64,000 bases of DNA from Phallusia mammillata (GCA_965637545.1 OZ281498.1:21948001-22012000), one strand, 5' to 3'. Shown: positions 11,501-25,744, numbered from the stretch's first letter. The notes: generated from the letters alone by a model not told the origin. Numbers and translations: made by a program.

Positions 11501-14500
11501 CGGTGACTTTGTTTCAACATATCCTTAAAGCATACTTAAAGCAATGTTAACATTGCACACTGTTTCGACCTATAAGGTCTCTCATGTTAACATTAGCTTC
11601 AAAATTCAGGGGCGACCAAAACACAGCATTCGCTTGTCAATGTCGCTTAAAGAAACATGTCGTTTATGGCCTACAACAGTGGTTCTCAACCTTATAAGTT
11701 TGCGGACCGGTAAACTTTCAAACCAAATTTTGCGGACCAGTGTACTTTCAAAATCAACCCAAAATGTAATCCCGACAAAACACGCAATTCAAAAGAAGTA
11801 TGAAAAATTCAACTTAATGAGAAGTTTGCTGCTGTCTGTTTGATATCATACGTGTTAAATGAAGTTTCTACAAGGCGAAGTAGAGCGTTGACTTCCACAC
11901 GATTTCTCTGTCTTTTAACATCTTGCATTTTGCAATTGAGATATAAAATTGTAATATATTTGGCGGACCGGCAGAAAAGTTGACACGGACCGGCACCGGT
12001 CTGTGGACCGGCGGTTGAGAACCACTGGCGTTCAGCACCCTTGTTTCTGGAACATTGTAAACGAAATAATGTATTTCTTGAGAAATTGTGTTTGTTTAGT
12101 CACAGACAGTGGCAAAAGTTCCAAAGATGATGAACACGCGCCTTCAAGTTCAAGCCCGAGCCTACCAAAGCCACCAACCGATGTGTACCAGAAAGGAGAC
12201 CCTGGTAAATTGAATGATGTATCCATGGTACAGTTTTCTGAAAGTGTACTCAATTACGTTGTTTGGCGTCTACAAACCAATAATTTTGTTACGTATTAAC
12301 TCTGTATTGTATTGTCTGCATTTTGATAATTGAAATCATTTTTTGCCTTTTAGGAATAATAACGTGTCAAACTTTCCAGTAGTGTTTAAATTTTGTTGTT
12401 GGTTAAAAGGAGGAACACGAAGAAGCAATATTGAACATCAGTCATGGTACCACGATGTGTCCAGAGAAGTAGCCGAAGAAATGGTACTGAAATTAAGCAA
12501 GGTTAGTAGGATGACTGCAGGGACCTTGTTTAAACAAGTATTGTTTAGTTGAGATAAACATAAATTCATAACTGGGATCAGTCCTGAAGCGTCTATGCAG
12601 ACCAGCGATCACGGCACACTCATATATAAATCACAGTGGTGAATTCTTGCAAGAATCAAGCAAAAATGTCCGGGCCGTGTCCAAATACGTATGGCTTACA
12701 GGTGCAACCAAGTCTGGGTCGGACATGACAACCGTGTCTCAACCTTATATGAATGTATGGCTAAGGGTTGACATTGAAACACCCCCATACATGGGGCGTA
12801 CCTCAGGATTATGTTTGGTCCATGTACGTTCCGTACCAACGGCCATACAATTGTACCCTTGTATGGTCCACGCCTGACAATCCCTAGCTTGTTGCGTTGT
12901 TACGCCACACTTTACCTAACATGCACCGAACACCCACCTTGCTAGTTTTTCTATCGGCTTTCCGGAGATGTACGGAATATGACTCACACATTGCTTTTTT
13001 TCTTAATTTTATTGCCACAAATACGAACGCAAAATGGAAAATCACCAAAGGTAAACGTACGAAATACCGTTATTTAACGTCGACGCACAATGTTCGATTT
13101 CGGCGAGCGGTTGCAACTTGTTGTTGATGAAGGTTTTAGAAAAATCTCAATCGTTCACATTTTTACTTTCCCGCTGAACTTTGACGTGCGCCCATGAAAG
13201 ATATCTAAACAATAAATAAAATAGATTTAATCGATTTTACAAAACATGAAAATGCGCAGTAGTTTTTCAAAACTATTTACCGTTTAAATACTTTTCGCTA
13301 TTTCAAATGATGGCTCGCACGCAAATATAAAAAAATTTACGGTACAAATAAAGATACAACGAAATCAATAGGACAACAAGTGCTTACCTTTTCATACATG
13401 AATAAGTCGACGTCCAGTAACATGTTGCAGTTCGATGAGACAGAATAAAGTATATTCCTAAGGTGTATTCCGAAAAGTAGACTTAACTGGAAAGCTTAAG
13501 TAACGCATGCTGCCTCAACAACTCAAACTTCCACATTAACACAATGTGGCCACACAGCCAAGTAATACCACTAAGTTTCCTTAAGTTCCTTTTTCATCGT
13601 CACTTGGCCAATAGCACTGCTTGAGCTTAAACGCGCCTTTGTTCGAAAGTTGCACTGTGGCGCGAAAAGGAAGAGCAAAACTTCAAAGGCATGATTGATC
13701 GACGTCTCAAAACTGTGCGATGGTCGGCTTTTGTAGCTGCCAGCGGGGTGCGTCACTTACGGCAAAAAACATACGCCCTTAGCTGAACAATCGGTTGATA
13801 CATAAATCTTTAAAACTGCATTAACAGTTAAGCACCATTCAGGCGATTTCTTAACAAGTGTCGATGGAACGACAAAACAAAAACTTTTTTTACGTTTATG
13901 CAAACCATCAATTCAATTCAACACCTAACTTTATAAGTATACTTAATTCATTCCAGGATAACAGAAAATTCATTTTATAAGCAAATATTTAATTATAACT
14001 AGCCTACATGTTATGTTATTCCATTAGAGATTAGTACTTTTTTCCTAATTGCTAAACTTTCTGTCTTTATGTGACGTGAATCGAATCGATAAAAAATGTA
14101 GTGTTCACAAGCAACATCTGTGGCGCCGTACAAAATTGTGACATGGCCATGCTTGTCTTTTCATACCATAATCAATTGTACCAGACCGTCATTAATAACC
14201 GGACGAGGGCAGTGTATGATTATTCCAAGTCAGGACCAGGTATGGAAATCCGTTAGAAAATCTAAACTTATATGAATGGGAAAAGCTTGGGGCTGCCGTT
14301 CATTGGCCGTTTGGTACATATACAACAGATAATCGTGCCCAAGAGTCCAACGGCCGAGCGTAAAGGGTAGATAATTTTCGTCTGGGGGGTGACCGGCTGA
14401 TTCGGTATAGAGCCTTCAATGAGCCTGGCGTACAAGTATTGTTTAGTTTTGAATTAGTAGCAACCATCAGAGCTAATGGCAGTGTTTGTACAGTCCGAAC

Positions 14501-16815
14501 CTGATGTAAGATTTAATATTTAAAAGGCTCGTTTATGTATTTGTATGGGAATACAATAGAATTTCTGCTTTAAAAAGACCAAAGTCGAAATTAGGCACTG
14601 AACCACATAGGTGTAACTTAGCACGAAATTTACTTGGTTATTGCTCGTACGCACATGGAAAAGCAATCAGGTGATTTTTGTGCTGTGATAAGGCAACTGA
14701 AAGTGCTGCGTGTAACTGAAAGACTTACGTTTTATCTTTATTTTTTCTTCCTTAATTCGGTGCCAAGAATTTCGCTTGTTTGCTTTTGAGGTCGGTTAGG
14801 GTATAGTTGTAAACTACATTGTAACAGGTTCGTTTACTGGTACTTAATAACGACAATCCCTTGTTTTTCTGTCTTTTAGCTTTAAATCATTTTGTCGTGA
14901 TTGTTTTAGTACTAATTTTCATATCGATTTTAAAGAACTGATGATGCCACTTCGTTGAAATATATATTACTTTACATAAACCGACAAATTCTGTTTTAAC
15001 CAAGGATTTTATCGTCTATTGGTATGACTGTTAGGGATGTTCAAAGTAGAATAATTGGGTATTCTAGAATAATTGATTCTAATCTAGAATATCGAATCCA
15101 ATTCTTATATTATTTTTGACTGCGCAATCATTAATCTTGACAACAACTAAAGTAGACTAGTTTAATACATTATAAAACACATTTTTGATTTATAATGTAA
15201 AAAAAGAACCAAACAAAACAATGAAAAACAGTGGAAAAAAACTTTGCACAACTGCATTGAAACTAAATGACCCAAAATCCACTAAGCCAGAAAAATTAGC
15301 ATCAGGTTAAAAAATAACTTTTACGATTTTATTTAGTGATTATTATTGCCTTCAGTAGAAGTAACTATGTTGTAAGCATGCTGCGGTAATTCGATTTGTT
15401 GATTGTATAGGACTGACATAGACTCCCTAGTGTACTAATATATAACGTTTGTTAACCTAAAACAACTTCAAAACATACACCCTAGCAAAGTTAAAACATT
15501 GGGTGATGTAAAGCTGGGACATTAGGTGATTTTAAATTCCAATTAAGCTACCAGCGATTTTGCAACACAAAATGTGAACTTTGCAGCGTGTACTAACTGC
15601 ATTCTTATGATCGTATGGGGTTAAAAAATGATGCAAACGTCTTATGTTATGGGATTCCATCACTGTTTTTGCAATATTAACAGACAATCCCATGCTTCCA
15701 ATCGCTGCCTAACGCCACGACCGTTAAATTTTTGTTGTGTCAGAAAAAAAGTCCGAAACAATTAGATGCTGGTAAGACGTTGCAAGAAAGTCGCCGGTAC
15801 GTCATTTAATGGCATAAGCATAATCACATGATCAGATGCGTAACAAGTGCGCTAATCGTTAATTATGCCTCCAACGCACAACCGTCGCTATGGCGTTGTT
15901 GAAGCGACTCGTGACTTGGCGTTATATCGTACAGCGCTCACTGATTTGACGGCGACGATGCGCTTGCCGTTTTTGTAACTGGTACAATGACCGGGCGTCG
16001 ACCTTAAAGCGTAACACATGTGTTTACATTTTTTCCAACGAGAGCACACATTTATATCGGTTCCAATTACCCGAAATAAACGGCAAAAATGGATTCGAAT
16101 CTAACTGGATTCGTTATTCTACTTTGAACATCACTAATGACTGTGTTATAGTTAAAAAGGTAAACAGTGATAGTCAGTTTACCGAAAACTGATGATGCCA
16201 TTTAGGCAAAATACATTTCTTCACCGGTTTTGTCGTCTATTGGTTTTAATGTTTTATGACCGAAAACTGTCTTGTTGTCCAGGACGGCTCCTTCCTGGTT
16301 CGACCGGGACGTGGTAAGGACAACCCGTACACCATTACAGGCTGTGATGGCAAGTTCTCTTGTTACAATCTGCGCATTAGGAAGAGAGACGACCGGCAAT
16401 ACGCCCTTGGCTCTAGAAAGGTACGAAATCACTTCCTACCTGTATTAAGTGTCTGCAAGATATGATTTTCACAAACTGTCGTAAAAGATATTAAGCTCAA
16501 TATATTGTCCTTATATAAAACTCAATTAAACCTAAACCCAAACCCAAAAATTTGCCTAAAATGAGTGCTATTATAATGTAATTATCCTTATTACGCTATT
16601 AATCATTCATTTTAATGTAAGTTTGTCTTAGAACTTAGTCCTTAAAATAATAATTGTTGCTTGTCAAGCTAAACCAACTAAATACAGTATTGGTCTGTTT
16701 ACAGCCGCACGAGCGGACATTTACCTCCGTAAGCGATTTAATCGAGTACTACAAGACTCATCCACTTACGCTCGCCAACGCTGAAGGTTCGATAACTCTC
16801 GCTGGGCCCCTTTGA
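8516..16815 (+). CDS. Gene D: hydrophobic helix + TRADD-N-like domain + Pro/Ser linker + C-terminal SLP-76/BLNK-type SH2 domain, ~367 aa
   Basis: Exons 8516-8987, 9541-9611, 9861-9961, 10035-10054, 12106-12204, 12410-12501, 16283-16420, 16705-16815 are phase-consistent (1104 nt). SH2: WYHDVSREVAEEMV / DGSFLVRPG...NPYTI...YNLRIR / FTSVSDLIEYYKTHPL. The SH2 call is strong; the join to the TRADD-N exon is inferred from phase only. Confidence 0.7.
10088..10635. mobile_element. Tc1/mariner (pogo/Tigger-like) MITE
   Basis: TIR CAGTCAAACTTCGATAC / GTATCGAAGTTTGACTG flanked by TA on both sides. Confidence 0.85.
10707..11178. mobile_element. hAT MITE with internal GAACCC/CCGAAC repeats
   Basis: TIR CAGGGAGTCGAACC / GGTTCGACTCCCTG; 8-bp TSD ATTTTAAC on both sides. 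Confidence 0.9.
11677..12027. mobile_element. hAT (Charlie-like) MITE
   Basis: TIR CAGTGGTTCTCAACC / GGTTGAGAACCACTG; TSD degenerate. Confidence 0.8.
12572..12637 (+). repeat. Short dispersed repeat of unknown class, also at 62760-62825
   Basis: CTGGGATCAG(T/G)CCTGAAGCGTCTATGCAGACCAGCGATCACGGCACACTC...AAATCACAGT is near-identical at both intronic sites. Confidence 0.7.
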
Positions 16816-17331
16816 TGTGAAACGTTTGTTCGTAAAAGCAGGTGGAATCAAACACTGCTCCATAACGGCAGAAATGTCGTGTAAGTCTTTTGTGTGCCTT
16901 TTAATCGGTTTTATTGTTTACCAGCAAGTTTTAGGTGTTTCATTTACGAATTTTAAAAACAAAGGAATGTTGCTGTATATTTTGCGCTATGTTTAACATA
17001 TCTTGTCGTAATGTGTCGTTTTTCCGTCGTCTTAACCATAGTTATAGATAGTTTTATTTTTTCCCCCGATACATTTTTACGCCACATCGTGCAATTTTCT
17101 TTAACATGTGGAATTCCACATTGAAGCAGAATACTTTAACCTACTGATTGTTTTCTATAACGATACCTAGATGTCTGTGAACTTTGCCCCAATTTGCGTC
17201 AAACTCTTATCGCCCGCCATTACTTTAATCAATGCACGAAGGCGTATTACATACGCAACGGCTTTTTACCATTTGAAATCAGAGTAAATATTCGCTAAAA
17301 AGTTTTTTTGCACTAAATTAGAGCCTTGCTT

Positions 17332-17644
17332 TAGCGGTTCTCAAACTGGGGTCCACGGTCGATCCAGGGGTCCGTGAGGCTCCATTGCTAAGCAATAACC
17401 TTTATTGCATGCAACTAACAAAAATGCAATTGTTCGCGCAGAGTATTAATGTTTTTGTCTTGTCTATGATGTCACAAGCTGTCGTTGGATCATAGTTATG
17501 CGCATTTTTGCTTAACGAGCTAACATCTTACCTTCAACGTTAGTTTTTCTGAAATACACAGATTCAGGCTTAAGGACCGCGAGCCCTCAAAATAATGGCA
17601 AAGGGACCGTTTTGAATTTTTTTAAAAAAGTTTGAGGACCACTG
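17332..17644. mobile_element. hAT (Charlie-like) MITE, degenerate
   Basis: Ends TAGCGGTTCTCAAACT / AGTTTGAGGACCACTG; TSD not seen. Confidence 0.65.
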
Positions 17645-20018
17645 CTCCGGCATATCATTAGCCAAAATCTTGTTTTTGTTTTAAACCGGCTGTTCACTGT
17701 TTGTACCAAGGCTGTTTTATTTTGTTGCCGCTTTTGTCTTTTGCTTTCTTTAGGACACAGTTTCATAGCGTGCTGACCAGTTAAATTTTAAAATGTATTT
17801 ACAACCCGGAGACCTATTATTAAGTCTTTACTTAAAACAGATAATAAGTGATGTCCTTGCCGTACAGATCCCATGAAATTAATTCAAATTAATTAATACG
17901 CGCTGCATGTTGTCACGCCTTAATGTTGCAAATTAAATCAATTTGAAATTGTTAAAAAGTACAACTGATCAAAAAGAAAGTAAAAGATTAAAATTTATGG
18001 TCACTATTAGGCGTAAGAGATATGCACTTTTCAGGCGGCTCCGTTAGGTTTTCTGTCAAACCGTAGAGCACTAATATAAATACTTTATGGTCAAACTATA
18101 GTGCTAATTTCATTAAAGAAACAGCAAAATTCTTCTTGAGAGCATTGTTTGTCCAAAAACCCGCGAAAATGCGAGAAGCTTATTTTGTATTGTAATGTTA
18201 TTGTGTTTCGCTTTCGCACCTATTAGGACTTTCAAGATTTAAAAACATTCAATGGAACATTTGCATCAAAGAAACAGAATCAGGAACGGCTGCAAAAATC
18301 TCAGGTATTAAAATACGTCTAATTAAAACAAAGGGGTTAGGCAACAATTTTGCTATTTGTATTGACATCAGAAAAGTCTTCAAGTACAGAGTTTCAAGTT
18401 ATAACATAGTCTTCAAATGACAAATATGGTAATATTTTCCAAAATGGTCGAAATAGTATTTCTGCATTCATATCTACCGGCATGCATAATCGTAGTTGTT
18501 ACATTTTTGCCAAAACTACACTCATGATCAAATGTCGTGTAGCTGTAATTATTTATTGATCGAGAAGAAAAAAGCGGAACTTCCAATCACAGCAGTAACC
18601 AATTAATATCCGGTTTCTTCGAAAAAAATAAGTTTTGAAATATAAGGGCTTCAGAAAATAAGTTTATTCGATTTTATATGATTTCTATAAAACTTTTGGC
18701 GCTAATATCACACGTGACGTTTCAAAACGTACCGTATTTAAAAACTCACGAACCGAAATCGTGTATATAAACCTTGATTATCGATATTTGTAAATTATTT
18801 GTTCTTTTGCTGTTAGACGGTGCAAAATTTTAGGGGAAAACTATTTGTTTGAGGAAAAAAGATAATCTGGTAAGTTATTACAGGCAGAAGTACTGAAGCC
18901 CTGCAACAGCAATTCTGGCATAAGTGGACAAGAGAAACAAATGAAAAGTATGTAGTGATCAACTTATGGCACTAAGGAACCCTGATATTAAACGGTAAAG
19001 GGTTGAAATATACTTCATACATGAGATTATTAGGTATAACAGACATTATAAAAACAAATAAATTAGTTAAGACATACTTTACCTAATAGCATAATCGTTT
19101 TCATTTTACATAGATATTTCTCATGAATACCAAACCACTACCTGTAACTTAAATAGTTGTTCAGTCAATCACATACCACTTAATACAGAGTACAAGAATT
19201 GTTTATATTTTGAACAAACAATTCTTTACACAGTCTAATGTTGTGTTTTAGCATATTTATAGCAATAACTGACTATCACCACAGCGTTTTTTCTCTTAAA
19301 AGAGTGTAAATTAGTTTACAGTTTGTATTTTTTATCTCCCAGGCAAAAAGCAGGTGAACATGCTTTTATCTGGATTGTTTAAATGTTTAAATGCAAACAT
19401 ATGTAAAGCTATGTAAAAATCTATGGGTTAAAGTCAAAATCCAAGCAATATATTTATGCTGTAAATGAATTGTTTGTAATGTAATTTGTAAAAGTGCATC
19501 CATTTTCATGAGATAAATTTATACCCCAAACAACAATACAATGAGGACTTTTCTCTGTGTTCAGGAAAACAGAAAATGGAGACGGAAAAGGAAAATAAAA
19601 GCACTAAATGGATATTAGCAGATACTGTGCAACTGCTGGAAAGAAGGACATATGTTACATTATAACATCGCTTTTTTAACAAAGTGGTAGGCACAAACTT
19701 ATACAGTCGATATTACATAAAAGTTGGAAATCTTTTTTTGCTTTTTGAAGCTCTCAAATGCTAAATTTAGTTTATGTAGAAACAACCAACTCCTGATGTG
19801 CTCATGTACTTTGTCCAAATGGTGATGTGGTAACAAGCAAAGCAGAATTTTAATGCCGACTTACAGAATGTAACTTCTCTAATTATTGCCCTGGAAATAT
19901 TTGGACCGATGGTCTTGCATCACTGAAGGGCCAACATCCAACATAAAAAGGTAAAGAACTTAAAAACAGATATGTCTATTATGGGTCCTTGTTTGTAAAG
20001 AGAACATATTGTTTAAAG

Positions 20019-23000
20019 TAGGGTTGGGCATTTGACCGGTCAAATAAAATCTGGTCAATTGACCGGTCAAATACTTGTCAAATAGGTCAAATATCGGTCA
20101 AATACTATTCCCATTATTAAGTTGCAATTTTAGTTAAAAGTTGGAAGTTTAATCTTCTTCTAGACCACAAGTAATGGAAATGAAGGTTTCAACTCATTTA
20201 AATTTGTTTGTAAAATAGGAAATGTTCAGTTTATATTATATTACAGACTTTTCCGACTGCATTGCATGCTTCATTTCATCACTGGCCCCTTTTATATTTG
20301 AAATAAATTCTTATAATATTTGAAATAAATTAGTTTAAAGTCTAATTTTGACTAAGATTTAACTGCAAACCTTGCATATCCTGCTTAAAATCGTAATTTA
20401 TACTGGGGTCATTCCATGTCAAACGTCCCAGAAAAATGGCAAAATGTAACCCACCCTCTCAGATTTTTATCAAATTTCATATGTCCATGCAGCTAGTTGC
20501 ACTGATTTCAACAAAAAAAATTTTTTTGAAATCTATCAATGTTTCACGAAGTTATGACATTTTGAAAATATGTCAAATATGTGATCACGCAGCGACGCGC
20601 ATCAATGCTTTTTGATAATACTGTGTTTAAAATGTCATATTTCTTTCTAATTTGTATATTGTGGTCATTTTAGTAGGTTAGGTGAACCTTTAGGACATTC
20701 TCAATCACCTCATTACAGTTTTTCATGTTTTTGAAATATGGGTCAGTAATTGAGGGGGGTTCAGTTTGGGGGTATGCGAATGTGCATTCATGCATAACGA
20801 CAACTTTAAAAGCTCATATCTTGAAGAGCACACTAGCTAGAAAGTTAAGTAATGGCTCAAATGAAAGCTCTTGCTGAGTACTTTCCTTGTTCTTAATTTT
20901 ATGATGCTTCTCTGTAATTTGTTTAAAGGAGGGTCATAATAAAACACAGGTTCATTTTTCGGATATTTTTGTGATACTGCGTCTATTATCTATACTTTAT
21001 GTGCCCTAATTTGTTATTAAAAGTTGTTAAGATGCAAAAGTTTAGTGTAGGTGTCTCACTGGATACTGAATGCCACAAAAAGACATATCCAACACAAAAA
21101 CAAGGTATTTTACCAATTGACTTTCTAACAGATGAAGAGCAAGTGCTTCTGAATATTCGAGTAGCTGCTGATAAGGGTAATGAATGTTGTTTGGAGAACA
21201 TATGTATTTTCCACAGGTACAATTACATTGGTCGGTACCCTTTCTTGCAGAAGAAGTGTTGTGATCCTTTTCGAGTCCACAGTAAACCAGTCAAAAATCT
21301 TAATATACGTCCTATCACTTGGGAATATTACCAAAAATATAAAAATTACAATTTAAACACTGTACCGTGAAAAGGTGTGATTTTCCCTTTTGAGGTAGTC
21401 TTTTCTCTTGACCAGTTGCTTGGGTATCATTGTGGGGACTTGTATTTTTCTGCTATCGTACTGTCACTGTTCCTAATTTTTTTTCATTTTAGAGATAATG
21501 TTGTCAAAAGATTTTATTTTCATTTTGTCTTCGTCTTTAGTGTCAGGTTGGTCTTGCTATAGGTCTACATCACTGACATTAAAAAAACTGGACATCTTTG
21601 CATGAAGGGTATCATGAATTTGACATAATTTTCTTTGCCCATAGAAAATGTTACTGCTTGAAGGCACACTATGCAACTTCACAGGTAATCACCTCAACGC
21701 TCTGTAAACTTTCATTAAGCTTGCTGAAAGATGCGTTTGCTTTAACAGTAGATGCAATGTTACATATTTCACTGTCAGTCGAACTCGAAGCTTCTTCATT
21801 TGATGATACATTTTGAAGGATAGTTTCTTTAAGTCTTGTACTGCATTTGGCACACACCTTTTTTTTTCTGGTACAATATTTAAATTACAATTTTTATATT
21901 TTGGTAACATTCCCAAGTGAGTGGACGTATATTACGATTTTTGACTGGTTAACTGTGAACTTGAAAAGGATCACAACACTACTTCTGCAAGAAAGGGTAC
22001 CGACCAATGTAATTGTACCTGTGGAAAATACATACGTTCTTCAAACAACATTCATTACCCTTATCAGCAGCAACTCGAATATTCAGAAGCACTTGCTCTT
22101 CATCTGTTAGAAAGTCAATTGGTTAAATACCTAGTTTTTGTGTTGGATATGTCTTTTTGTGGCATTCAGTATCCAGTGAGACACCTGCACTACACTTTTG
22201 CATCTTAACAACTTTTAAAAACAAATTAGGGCACATAAAGTATAGATAATAGACGCAGTATCACAAAAATATCCGAAAAATGAACCTGTGTTTTATTATG
22301 ACCCTCCTTTAAACAAATTACAGAGAAGCATCATAAAATTAAGAACAAGGAAAGTACTCAGCAAGAGCTTTCATTTGAGCCATTACTTAACTTTCTAGCT
22401 AGTGTGCTCTTCAAGATATGAGCTTTTAAAGTTGTCGTTACGCATGAATGCACATTTGCATACCCCCAAACTGAACCCCCTTTAATTACTGACCCATATT
22501 TCAAAAACATGAAAAACTGTAATGAGGTGATTGAGAATGTCCTAAAGGTTCACCTAACCTACTAAAATGACCACAATATACAAATTAGAAAGAAATATGA
22601 CATTTTAAACACAGTATTATCAAAAAGCATTGATGCGCGTCGCTGCAGTGATCACATATTTGACATATTTTCAAAATGTCATAACTTCGTGAAACATTGA
22701 TAGATTTCAAAAATTTTGTTGTTGTTGAAATCAGTGTAACTAGCTGCATGGACATATGAAATTTGATAAAAATCTGAGGGGGTGGGTTATATGGCCTGGG
22801 CAGTTGACATGGAATGACCCACTGTTAAGCTACTGATACATCTCCATTCATGACAAAAAAGGAATATACAAAAGCTTGATATGTACGTACTTTATCCCAA
22901 TAAGTACTGACCTGTGACTTGTTTACACAGAAGCTTTAAATTACTTAGATTTTTTATCTGTCAGTCAAAATGTGCAACATTTGCAAAAATGCCCAAGTAA

Positions 23001-23425
23001 ATTCTAATGAACTAACTTCCCCTCATGGGGACCTATCACACCCGATTTTTATTAAGATAAAACGGTGCTAGAAGTGATGCATGTTTTTTAATTGCATTGT
23101 AAACCTTTGCCGTAACGTAAATCAGATCTTAATTTCAAATGAAAATTATCCCCTAATTGTTATGGGATTTATTTCAAATGAACAAAACGCATCTACATTG
23201 GCTTAAAAAGCACTTATTAATACAACAGTATGCCCTAAACTGTTCTACCTGAGGGTTATTAGAATTAAATTACCCTTTTCAACAACCAAAAAGCAAGTCC
23301 AAGAAAATTTACCACATTTGATTTTTAAAATTAAAAATAGTATTTGACCGGTTAAATAAAGTGCTGTCAATTGACCGGTCAATTGACCGTATTTGACCGG
23401 TCAATTGACCGGCTTGCCAACCCTA
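20019..23425. mobile_element. Non-autonomous hAT element (~1 kb) carrying a nested insertion
   Basis: Termini TAGGGTTG...CAACCCTA; exact 8-bp TSD GTTTAAAG (20011-20018, 23426-23433); subterminal TTGACCGGTCAA arrays. Confidence 0.9.
20406..22820. mobile_element. Sola2-like DNA transposon derivative with ~960-bp TIRs and a decayed transposase 5' part
   Basis: Termini GGGTCATTCCATGTCAA / TTGACATGGAATGACCC; 4-bp TSD ACTG. Arms ~20406-21367 and ~21870-22820 are inverted copies. Each encodes CCDPFxxHxKxVK...PGKxxCxxC-like sequence; the minus strand continues with stops into KIQVPTMIPK. Superfamily call rests on GRG termini, 4-bp TSD and long TIRs. Confidence 0.75.
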
Positions 23426-25744
23426 GTTTAAAGGCTTGATTTTCTTTGTACAAAAACACAACTGTTTACATGTTTTGGTGAAGAAATGTCATTTTTTCCT
23501 GGGTTCACATACCAAAAATTGGTATGATTTTAAAGGTGGCTTTCCTATATATTTCCATTCTCTATGTGCTATATGCCATTTACTGATGTATATACTATGT
23601 ACACCATTGACCTACAAACATGATTGTTTTGTCGGCAAAAACGAATTGGTCCCCACACACCTGTTTCTGCAAATTAGTTACAGTGCAAAGATGGTGCAAT
23701 AATTTTTAGATTCTTAAAGGCGAATTAGTAGAAAGCATCAGCCCAAACTTTAAAAGGTTTTGTTCATAATGTTTTTCCATTATTATACTAATACCATATA
23801 ATAAAAAGTGGTAAAAGTAGAGTAGTAAAACGAAAGGTAAAAAAAACACTTCCAATCATCAGAGAATTTAACATCTAGCTTTGCTCTCGATATTGCTGTC
23901 TAAGGCTTGTTTTAAAACTGTTAAAAATTCTCCCAGAAAACCCACCACAAACACTAAAAAATTAGGCAGTGATTTTGCAGCAAAGTTATATACATTAAAT
24001 TCATTACTCAAGTATTGTTGCTCAAGTGTATTTGTTCAAAATAAAGAAAGCTACATTGCGACAAAAGAAGTTTTCAACCATGTTTTGTCGTACCTAAAAG
24101 TTGACTTTCAGTAACTCCGCTCATGCTAAGACACCTTATAGCAGGGTTGTCATACAACCTTTAAAATTTTTTCTGCAGCCCGCGAAGTAACTTTCAAAAA
24201 TGTTAAGTCTTAGGCGGAATACCTTGTCAGGCCTCTCATGGTTTTAATACGATGATCGAAATAACCCATCTTTAGAATCAGCAATGGCGATTGTTGCGTC
24301 ATTGTATGCCATTGTTTTCACACAAAACCATATAGCACAGTTGGTTCTTTTACTCTTCTATATGTTTGATATTTAAAACAATATTTTTTTAATGTAGTTA
24401 ATGGCATTAATGAACATTTTACTTTTTAATCATGCAATGTTTTTTGTTGTGATGTTACACTTTAACAAATTTTTCGATAGTGCAGCCCTCCACTTACTAA
24501 AAAGTTTACTAAAAAAACTTTGTAACTATGTCAAGCAGAGACCACCTACCCTGCAATGATTAAATGGATTTATCTTTTGTTTATAGGTGCATGAACCAGA
24601 ATCATAGCAAAGCATTTGATCAGGGTGGAATTATGGATTTTACAAGTGAATTTCAAAGCTGGGTAAAAGTGTACAAATGGAAAACACAAGTTTAAACCAT
24701 TCAAACAACACAAGAATAAATTGGTAAGCATGTAGTTGATTTATAGCATTGCTGTTTTTTTGCAAGCAGAAATATATTGTTCCCCACACAAGCTATGCAG
24801 AGGCCAATGTCTTCCTGCTGGCAAACTGTTTTGTTGTTTAACATTAGAAAAAACAGGCAGCCTAATCAATGTGGGAAAGGTACTTATGTATTTATACATA
24901 CAGTATATTTTGTAATTGTATGCTCTAAAACAGTAACTACGGTAATTGCATTGTTGCTAAGAGCACTGTTTACCAACCTTTTTTTGGTGAAACCCAACTA
25001 CATCTAAACAAATCTGTGGTTTTTATGCCCCATGGGTATATACATTATTACTACTTCAGTTGTATTTTGGTCTGTGAAAGAGAAAATCTTTCGAGAAATT
25101 TTGTTTTATTGGAAATTACTACGCCAGGTATGGAAATAATTAGATATCAAACATTTATTATGTTTTTTTTTCTACATTTAGCCAGAACTTTGGAGCGGGT
25201 TTTATGCATTATCAGCCAGACTACACTAAACAGTTAGCCGACAAATAACGTATTACCTAACGTTTCACAAGCAAGATCGACTATAATTATGGGTCCCCTT
25301 CCCTGAAGGGGACACATCTTGATTTCACTCTGTTTTTTTCTTTTTTTTGTCTTTTTTCTGCCGAAGCATTTCCAGGCACTTTTGGAATGAAATCTTTGGT
25401 GGATTTGGATGAAACTTTCACAGATGGTAGATATAGTTATGTAGATGTGCCATCTGCTTCGTTTGAGTTAATAACCCCAGTATTTACCCCGCTAGCCCCC
25501 AAAATGTAAAACGTTTTTGCAGGTTGCTGCGCACCACAACCGAAAAAATTCTGCGGAGTAACAGTATAGTAAAGGTACCAGAGAATATGCTACTTGTGTT
25601 TGTGCAATACTTGGAAGGCATTTTTGCATATGCCAGTGAGAGGGGTGTTAACAGTCTTATGATGTCAGACGTGTTAACAAATGTTGATCCTCTAGTGGCC
25701 AGAAATTTCATATTTTTTACTTATGGGTGTAGAACCCCATTAGT

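Noticed and set aside
13380-13760. Antisense nested gene in the large SH2-gene intron
   Set aside because: One short ATG-donor segment and an unrecognisable 61-aa ORF; insufficient evidence.
20999-21370. Host gene (ARL14EP-like) for the 123-aa Cys/His ORF
   Set aside because: It lies inside the TIR of a TSD-flanked element and its mirror copy is disrupted; best read as a transposase N-terminus.
17700-25240. Scattered exon-like segments (about 18230, 19565, 19790, 24590)
   Set aside because: Plausible splice signals but in-frame stops and no recognisable product; could be a decayed gene split by the hAT, not supportable.
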